From Planctomycetota bacterium (GTDB lineage: Bacteria > Planctomycetota > UBA1135 > UBA2386): a stretch of 64,000 nt of DNA. The translations under genes were made by a program, and so were the position numbers. The DNA lies in contig OZ245838.1 in the NCBI GenBank assembly GCA_965228735.1, positions 352,001 to 416,000 of the forward strand. Direction: 5' to 3'. Shown in pieces: positions 57,579 to 64,000 of this stretch (positions are counted from its first letter, which is position 1; each line of letters opens with the position of its first letter). The notes below the pieces were generated by a model. The model saw only the letters and a list, made by a program, of their open reading frames with translations, was not told the origin of the DNA and ran no database searches.

Positions 57579-60500
57579 CAGGCAAACTCCGGCTCGAGGT
57601 TGCTGGTGCTGGTGGCGTCCGGCGCGTCCGGTGCTTCGGCGCTCGCTGGGCGGCGCTGATGGTCGCGCGCGATCAGGATGTAGAACACGGGCACGATGAA
57701 CAGCGTGAACACCGTCCCGAGGAACATCCCGGAGACGAGCACGCGACCGATGCTGTTGCGGGCCTCGGCGCCCGGACCCGTGACGAACACGAGTGGCAGG
57801 TGGCCGAAGATCGTCGCCGCCGTCGTCATGAGCACGGGGCGCAGACGCGTCGCCGCGGCTTCCCGCAACGCCTCCAGCTTGCTCTGGCCGCGTTCTTGCA
57901 GCGTGTTGGCGAACTCGACGATGAGGATCCCGTTCTTGGCGATCAGCCCGACGAGCGTGATCAACCCGACCTGCGAGTAGACGTTGATCGTCGTCCAGTC
58001 GATGTAGGTGAAGACGAGCGCGCCGCTGATCGCGAGCGGCACCGAGCCGAGCAGCACGACGAGCGGATCGCGGAAGCTGCGGAACTGCGCCGCGAGCACC
58101 AGATAGACGAGCAGGATCGCGAAGAGCAACGTCGTGACGAGCGAAGACCCTTCGTTGCGGATCTGGCGGGACTCGCCGGCGTAGTTGATCGACACGTCGG
58201 GGCCGGCGACGGCGCGGGCCGCCTCCTCGAAGACGCGGAGGCCTTCCTCCTTCGTCACGCCGGGTGCGACGCCGCCGAAGATCTTCACGGCGTTGCGCTG
58301 CTGGAAGCGGTTCAGCGTGCGCGGCGCGGCGACCGCCTCGATGTCGACGAACGCCGAGACCGGGACGAGGTCGCCGGTCGGTGTCTTGATCTTGAGATCG
58401 AGCAACGGTCCGACGGTCGCTCGATCCTCGCGGCCGATCTGCGGGATGACCTTGTAGCTGCGGTCGTGGTAGTTGAAGCGGTTGACGTAGCCGCCGCCGA
58501 GCAGCGCGCCGAGCTCACTGCCGACGCTCTGCAGGTCCATGCCGAGGTCCGCGACCCGTTCGCGGTCGACTTTGACGCGCGCCTCGGGGCGATCGACCTT
58601 GAGGTTGGTGTCGACGTAGATGAACTTGCCGCTGGCCCAGCCGGCGCCGACGACCTGCATCGTCGTCGCGAGGAGGTCCTCGAGCGGCTGCGAACTCTGC
58701 AGCACGAGTTCGACGTCGTGCTGTCCCGAGGTCGGCAGTGGGGGATCGAGGCGGGGGAACACGCGGACTCCGGGGACCTGCGAGACGGCGCCGTAGAGGT
58801 GGCCGTAGAGCTCGGCGGTCGAGCGCTTGCGCTCCTTCCAGTCCTTGTTCACCATGCCGCCGAAGCCGCCCCAGTCGGCGACCAGCGACCACATGAACCT
58901 GGTCTCCGGCAGCGTGCCGACCTGTTCGACGACCTGCTTGGTGGCCTCGTCGACCGACTCGATCGTCGCGTCGGGCGCGACGTCGAAGAACAGGCTGACG
59001 TGGCTCATGTCCTCCGTCGGCGCCAGCTCGCGACGCGAGTCGGTGTAGAGCGGCCACGCGGCAAGCGCCATCAGGGTCGCGGCGGCGACGAGCGTCCAGC
59101 GGATCGACAACGCGAAGTCGAGCAGCCAGGTGTAGACCCCGCGGACCTTCGAGAACAGGTGATCGACGAGTCGGGTCAGGCGGGGCTGGCGGCCGTGCGC
59201 GCTGACCATCCACGAACTCATGACCGGTGACAACGTGATCGCGACGAGTCCGGAGACGAGCACCGCGGCCGCGAGCGTGATCGCGAACTCGAGGAAGAGC
59301 GCGCCCGTGAGGCCGCCCTGGAAGCCGATCGGCGTGTAGACCGCCGCGAGCGTGATCGTCATCGCGATGATCGGGCCGACGAGCTCACGCGCGGCCTCGG
59401 CCGCGGCCTGCATGCGCGACTTGCCCATCCGCACGTGCCGTTCGACGTTCTCCACGACGACGATCGCGTCGTCGACGACGAGGCCGACCGAGAGCACGAT
59501 CGCGAGGATCGTCAGCAGGTTGAGCGAGAACCCGAACGCGCCCATCACGACGGCTGCGCCGATGAGTGAGACGGGCATCGCGACGAGCGGCACGAGCGCC
59601 GTGCGCAGCGAGCCGAGGAACAGGAAGACGATGAGGCCGACGATCGCGATCGTCTCGGCCAGCGTCAGGCTGATCTCCGCGAGGGCGTCACGCATGAACA
59701 CCGTGCCGTCGTAGGCGAGCTGCATGTCGATGTCCGGCGGGAGTGCCTGGTCGAGGTTCGCCATCGCCGCCGTCAGCTCGGACTGCACCGAGATCTCGTT
59801 CGCGCCGACGAGCGGCCAGACGCCGAGGTAGACGGCGGGCTGATCGTCGTACTTCGCGATGAACGCGGGTTCCTCGGCGCCGAGCTCGACCCGGGCCACG
59901 TCGCGCAGGCGCACGACCGCGCCGCCGGCGTCACGAACGATCAGCTGCTCGAACTCGTCGACCGACCGCAGGTCGGTATCGGCGAGCAGGTTGACTTGCA
60001 CGAGGTTGCCCTTCGTCTGGCCGACGGCGGCGAGGTAGTTGTTGCGCTGTAGCGCCGCGTAGATGTCGCCGGGTGCGAGGTTCACGGCCGCGAGCTTGTC
60101 CGGGTCGATCCAGATGCGCATCGCGAGCGGGCGGCCGGCCTCGATCGTCACGCGCTGCACGCCCTCGACGGTCGCAAGCTGCGGCTGCGCGTTGCGGATG
60201 AGGTAGTCGGTGAGCTGCGACAGGCTGCGTTCGGTCGACGTGAAGCTGATGTAGAACGACGCGTACGGCCGATCCGCGCGCTGCACGGCGACCGACGGTG
60301 GTTCGGCTTCGGCGGGCAACTCGCTGCGCACCTGTTGCAGCTGCGCCGTGATCTCCGCGAGCGCGCGCGTCGTGTCGTAGCCGAGCTCGAGGCGGACGGT
60401 GATCGTGCTGACGCCCTGCCGGCTCTCGGACTCGACGTGATCGATGCCGCCGATCGACGCGACGGCGCGCTCGATCGGGGTCGTGAGGAACCCGCGCACG

Positions 60501-60676
60501 GTCTCGGCGTTGGCGCCGGTGTAGACGGTGGTGACGAGGATCGACGCGCTGTCGAGGCTCGGATACTGCTGCACGGGCAGCGTGGTCGCGACGCGCACGC
60601 CGACGAGGATCAGCGCGAGGTTCACGACCACGGCCAACACGGGGTGCCGGACGAAGACGTCGGTGATGGCTTTCAT
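57578..60676 (-). CDS. RND efflux permease (AcrB family)
   Basis: FVRHPVLA, GLVVDDAIVVVEN, GLIAKNGILIVEFAN and RLRPVLMTT motifs. Confidence 0.96.
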   Translation of the reverse strand: MKAITDVFVRHPVLAVVVNLALILVGVRVATTLPVQQYPSLDSASILVTTVYTGANAETVRGFLTTPIERAVASIGGIDHVESESRQGVSTITVRLELGYDTTRALAEITAQLQQVRSELPAEAEPPSVAVQRADRPYASFYISFTSTERSLSQLTDYLIRNAQPQLATVEGVQRVTIEAGRPLAMRIWIDPDKLAAVNLAPGDIYAALQRNNYLAAVGQTKGNLVQVNLLADTDLRSVDEFEQLIVRDAGGAVVRLRDVARVELGAEEPAFIAKYDDQPAVYLGVWPLVGANEISVQSELTAAMANLDQALPPDIDMQLAYDGTVFMRDALAEISLTLAETIAIVGLIVFLFLGSLRTALVPLVAMPVSLIGAAVVMGAFGFSLNLLTILAIVLSVGLVVDDAIVVVENVERHVRMGKSRMQAAAEAARELVGPIIAMTITLAAVYTPIGFQGGLTGALFLEFAITLAAAVLVSGLVAITLSPVMSSWMVSAHGRQPRLTRLVDHLFSKVRGVYTWLLDFALSIRWTLVAAATLMALAAWPLYTDSRRELAPTEDMSHVSLFFDVAPDATIESVDEATKQVVEQVGTLPETRFMWSLVADWGGFGGMVNKDWKERKRSTAELYGHLYGAVSQVPGVRVFPRLDPPLPTSGQHDVELVLQSSQPLEDLLATTMQVVGAGWASGKFIYVDTNLKVDRPEARVKVDRERVADLGMDLQSVGSELGALLGGGYVNRFNYHDRSYKVIPQIGREDRATVGPLLDLKIKTPTGDLVPVSAFVDIEAVAAPRTLNRFQQRNAVKIFGGVAPGVTKEEGLRVFEEAARAVAGPDVSINYAGESRQIRNEGSSLVTTLLFAILLVYLVLAAQFRSFRDPLVVLLGSVPLAISGALVFTYIDWTTINVYSQVGLITLVGLIAKNGILIVEFANTLQERGQSKLEALREAAATRLRPVLMTTAATIFGHLPLVFVTGPGAEARNSIGRVLVSGMFLGTVFTLFIVPVFYILIARDHQRRPASAEAPDAPDATSTSNLEPEFA

Positions 60677-60688
60677 TGCGACGGTCTC

Positions 60689-61888
60689 CTAGCGCCCCTC
60701 GGGGCTCGCGTTCGCCACGGCGTTGCCGACCATCACGAGCGCGCCTTCGCGCAGCTTGAACGAACCGGTGGTGGCGACGCGTTCGCCGGCTTCGAGGCCG
60801 GACTCGATCACGACCTCGTCACCGAGCACGGCGCCGCTCATGACCCGGCGTTCGTGCGAGCGCAGCTGACCCTCGGGGTCGTTCGCGAGCACGAAGACGC
60901 TGCTGCCCGACGGCCCGCGGCGAAGCGCGCTGATCGGGACCACGCAGACGTCGCGCGGGGCGGACACGGGGACGCTCACGCGCACCGAGGAGCCGGGGCG
61001 GGGCAGCGGGTCGACCCCGCGGAGTTCGGCTCGCACCCACGTGTTGCGCGTCTCGCTGTCGACGCGGGCGTCGAGCGCGGCGATCCGGGCCGGGACAGCG
61101 GGCTGACCGGTGACGACGATCACGTCGATCGTCGTGCCGACCGCGAGCCTCTGCGCGACCTCCTGCGTGACCGCGAAGTCGACGTGCACGGCCTCGTCGA
61201 TGCCTTGCAGCGTTGTGATCTCCGTGCCCGGCTGGAGATACTGACCGACGTGCAGATCGACGAAGCCGACCCGGGCCGCGAACGGGGCCTTCAGGCGCTT
61301 CTGGTCGATGATCGCTTCGAGCCGCTCGACGTTGGCGACGGCCATGTCGCGTTCGGCGCGCGCGCGGTCGACGTCGGCAGCCGAGGCGCCCTGCTGCTGC
61401 TGCGCGCGTTCCATGCGGCCGAGCATCGTCTCCGCGAGCCGCGCTTCGGCGCGCAACGCCGCGAGCTGGGCCTCTTCGACCGCGACGTCGAGCTCGACGA
61501 GCAGGTCATCGGTCTGGACCGTCGCACCGGTGGTCATCGCGACCTTGCGCACGGTGCCGGCGAGTTCGTTCCGCATGGTGATCGATCGCGTGGCACGCAC
61601 GGTGCCGATCGCGGTCGAGCGCCGCGTGTAGCTGCGTGTCGTCACGGTCGCCGCTTCGATCGCTTCCGCCGGTTCGCCCTGCTGAGCCGCGGCCTCGGCG
61701 GCCGCGACGCCCTGCAGGTACTTCAGGTAATAGAGCCCTGCCGCGACGGCCCCGAGTCCGAGCAGGACGGCGAGCGAGCCGGCGATGCGGAGCAGCCATC
61801 GCGGTTTCGTTGTCTGGGTCGCGGGGGCAGGGTCGGGCCGCGGCCGTTCGGGCGGCGCGGACGATGCGGGTTCGGTTGCGGATTGCAT
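60689..61888 (-). CDS. RND efflux membrane fusion protein
   Basis: N-terminal TM helix. LKAPFAARVG, DSETRN and SGLEAGERVAT motifs. Confidence 0.92.
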   Translation of the reverse strand: MQSATEPASSAPPERPRPDPAPATQTTKPRWLLRIAGSLAVLLGLGAVAAGLYYLKYLQGVAAAEAAAQQGEPAEAIEAATVTTRSYTRRSTAIGTVRATRSITMRNELAGTVRKVAMTTGATVQTDDLLVELDVAVEEAQLAALRAEARLAETMLGRMERAQQQQGASAADVDRARAERDMAVANVERLEAIIDQKRLKAPFAARVGFVDLHVGQYLQPGTEITTLQGIDEAVHVDFAVTQEVAQRLAVGTTIDVIVVTGQPAVPARIAALDARVDSETRNTWVRAELRGVDPLPRPGSSVRVSVPVSAPRDVCVVPISALRRGPSGSSVFVLANDPEGQLRSHERRVMSGAVLGDEVVIESGLEAGERVATTGSFKLREGALVMVGNAVANASPEGR

Positions 61889-61968
61889 TGTGATTTCTTC
61901 GCTCGCGGGGTCGACGAACGAGGGCGATCGTTCGTGACCGCGACTTGTGGGTTTTCGGTCAGCGGCGG

Positions 61969-62592
61969 TCAGGGGGTGCCGGTTGCCGGCGGTCGCACGA
62001 GCGCGTCGAACGCGAACGTGAGGAACGCGTCGAGCGGCCCGACGCTCCGGTCGATCTGCATGCGCATCGTCGCGCCCTCCCAGAGCATGATCAGCGTGTC
62101 GGCGATCCGCACCGCGTCGTGGTCGACGCGGATCTCGCCGTTCTCCTGACCCTCGCGGATCACGTCGGCGAGCAGCTCGCCCCACATCCGGTAGGCGTTC
62201 TGCACGGCCTGGTGCATCGGCACGCTGAGGTGGGCGGTCTCGAGCGCGAGCTTCGGGACCAGGCACTCGACGGTGGGGCCCGTGTGCCGGCACTCCTCGT
62301 AGATGTGCTCGAACAGGCCGCGCAGGCGTTCGAGCGGCGACCGGGCGCGATCGCTGAGCAGCGGCTCGAGCTCGCGCTTGAAGTCGTCGCAGGCGGCCTC
62401 GACGAGCGCGATCCCGAACTCCTCCTTGGACGAGAAGTAGTGGTAGAACGAACCCTTCGGCACGCCGGCCGTCTTGAGAATCTCGCTCAAGCCACAGCCG
62501 TTGAAACCTTTACGGCCGAACAGCTCGGTGCCGACCGCGACGAGGCGGCTGCGGGTGTCGTCGGGAGCCGGATTCTGGTCGCGGGGTGCCAT
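61969..62592 (-). CDS. TetR family regulator, NemR-like
   Basis: GLSEILKTAGVPKGSFYHYFSSKEEFG HTH. ECLVPKLALE carries the NemR-type Cys. Confidence 0.92.
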   Translation of the reverse strand: MAPRDQNPAPDDTRSRLVAVGTELFGRKGFNGCGLSEILKTAGVPKGSFYHYFSSKEEFGIALVEAACDDFKRELEPLLSDRARSPLERLRGLFEHIYEECRHTGPTVECLVPKLALETAHLSVPMHQAVQNAYRMWGELLADVIREGQENGEIRVDHDAVRIADTLIMLWEGATMRMQIDRSVGPLDAFLTFAFDALVRPPATGTP

Positions 62593-62598
62593 CGTTAG

Positions 62599-62614
62599 TA
62601 GACCGGTCGGTCTA
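62599..62614. promoter_or_regulatory. NemR-type operator palindrome
   Basis: TAGACC-GGTC-GGTCTA lies 6 nt upstream of the TetR ATG and matches the TAGACCnnnnGGTCTA NemR box. Confidence 0.85.
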
Positions 62615-62708
62615 GAGTGTCCTGGCGGCCAACGCAAGAATAATCTGGGATTGGGAGCCGCGCGTGCTTGGCGAGCCGCCTGTTTCGACGTCGACTGACC
62701 GGCCGCTC

Positions 62709-63770
62709 TCAGCGCTCGAGCGCGAGCAGTTCGGGCAGTCGGAGCTCGGCGCGGTAGATCATGGTCCGCCGTTCGTGGCTCGAGTAGTACGACACATGCA
62801 GGCGGTCGCCGATCCGGACCAGACCGGCGTAGCTCGTGTCGCCGCCGGAAGGCAGATCGAGCAGCGGCGCCATCGAGCCGTCGAGGCCGACTCTGGCGAG
62901 CATCGTCGTCGTGCCCTTGTGGCTGCTCCCGACGCTCTCGGGGTACCGGCGCGTCGCCGCGAGCAGGGTGACGTCGCCCTCGGAGTCGCCGGGTGAACGC
63001 TCCAGCACCATGAGTTCCGGGCCGCCGAGCCGGCTGGGAAGCTTCGCGAACTGCCACTCGGTGAACGGCGCCGCCGCGACGCCGATGAGGCCGCGCTGGT
63101 CGTCTTCCTCCTGCCGGACGAGCGCGATCATCCGGCCGTCGGGCAGCAAGCGCAGCGCCGTCTCGTTGGGGCGGCCTTTGATGGCGAACCGGGTCACGTG
63201 CTCGTAGCGCACGCCGTCGGTCGTGGTCATCAAGTGGAGCTCGGGTCCGCTCGGTTTGCCCTGGTAGACGGTCCCGTAGCCGCGACCGCCGTGCCACGTC
63301 ACGCGCCAGAGCCAGTCGTGCTCCGACGCGATCGCCGGGTCGATCTCGACGTTCTGCAACGGACCACGGGTGCCGTCCGGCTCGATGAAGCAGACGCGTG
63401 ATCGCATCCCGACGCGCGTTCGGCCCTCGTACTGGGAGCCACCCATGACGACCATGAGCCGGTCATCGGGCGTCACGCTGAGCTTGGGGTCGCGCAGGTC
63501 GATCCCGGCCTCGTCGATCAGGGCCGCTGAACGCCACGTTCCGTCGCGTTCGACGAGGACCCGGGCGACACCGTTGTGTCCGGGCACGTGGCCGCTGCCC
63601 TCGCGGAACGAGCACCAGAGCTCGCCCTGCCAGTGCACGAGACCCGTGAACGCACTGTGTTCGGCGCGATCCCAGACCCGTTCGACCCGCACGATCGCCC
63701 GGCGCTCGGCGTCGGTCTGCGCAGGCAGTGACGCCGCGATGGCAACCAGGATCGCGAGTAGCGGGCGCAT
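62709..63770 (-). CDS. Secreted sialidase/BNR-like beta-propeller protein
   Basis: HSAFTGL, FREG, DLRDPKLS, WLWRVTW, PNET, LPSGGDTSYAG and VSYYSSHE motifs. Confidence 0.8.
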   Translation of the reverse strand: MRPLLAILVAIAASLPAQTDAERRAIVRVERVWDRAEHSAFTGLVHWQGELWCSFREGSGHVPGHNGVARVLVERDGTWRSAALIDEAGIDLRDPKLSVTPDDRLMVVMGGSQYEGRTRVGMRSRVCFIEPDGTRGPLQNVEIDPAIASEHDWLWRVTWHGGRGYGTVYQGKPSGPELHLMTTTDGVRYEHVTRFAIKGRPNETALRLLPDGRMIALVRQEEDDQRGLIGVAAAPFTEWQFAKLPSRLGGPELMVLERSPGDSEGDVTLLAATRRYPESVGSSHKGTTTMLARVGLDGSMAPLLDLPSGGDTSYAGLVRIGDRLHVSYYSSHERRTMIYRAELRLPELLALER

Positions 63771-63799
63771 GGTCGGTGGTTGCGTGGCGCCCGGCTGAC

Positions 63800-64000
63800 T
63801 CAGCTGTTCGCCGCGCGGATCTTGTCGGCGGCCGCCTTGTCGTAGGCGATGCCGTGCTTGTCGAACAGCTGGTCGAGCTCGCCCGACAGCGTCATCTCCG
63901 TGATGATGTCGCACCCGCCGACGAACTCGCCCTTGACGTAGAGCTGCGGGATCGTTGGCCATTCGGAGTAGTCCTTGATGCCCTGGCGAATCGCCTCGTC
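63800..64000 (-). CDS. grxD: Monothiol glutaredoxin Grx4 (3' part; truncated by window edge)
   Basis: Not in the ORF track. Reads [40 protein letters not shown]. Confidence 0.93.
   Translation of the reverse strand, partial: DEAIRQGIKDYSEWPTIPQLYVKGEFVGGCDIITEMTLSGELDQLFDKHGIAYDKAAADKIRAANS

Overview
High-GC (roughly 70% by eye) bacterial chromosome segment, almost certainly Planctomycetota: it has a DUF1501 gene paired with a DUF1549/DUF1553 cytochrome c gene, TPR-bearing Ser/Thr kinases paired with ECF sigma factors, and ELWxxDGT and FG-GAP proteins. It holds about 50 densely packed genes. I found no rRNA, tRNA, CRISPR array or transposase. Best candidate for something new: a secreted SAM-methyltransferase/FG-GAP propeller fusion (56038-53957, minus strand) interrupted by an in-frame UGA that would read as a Sec-Cys pair. 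A hairpin matching the bacterial SECIS model follows the UGA, and the gene lies directly upstream of a PhnCDE-type ABC transporter that resembles the putative selenate clade. Other notable items: an orphan single-chain TssB-TssC sheath fusion; a DUF3419/diiron-oxidase/GNAT cassette; a crtY remnant plus intact blh; a 52-codon relic of the neighbouring beta-barrel gene; a shared C-terminal domain on unrelated secreted proteins; Gln at +1 after nearly every signal peptide; frequent leaderless promoter geometry; and a perfect NemR box before an RND pump. All family calls come from motif recognition by eye, not database searches.
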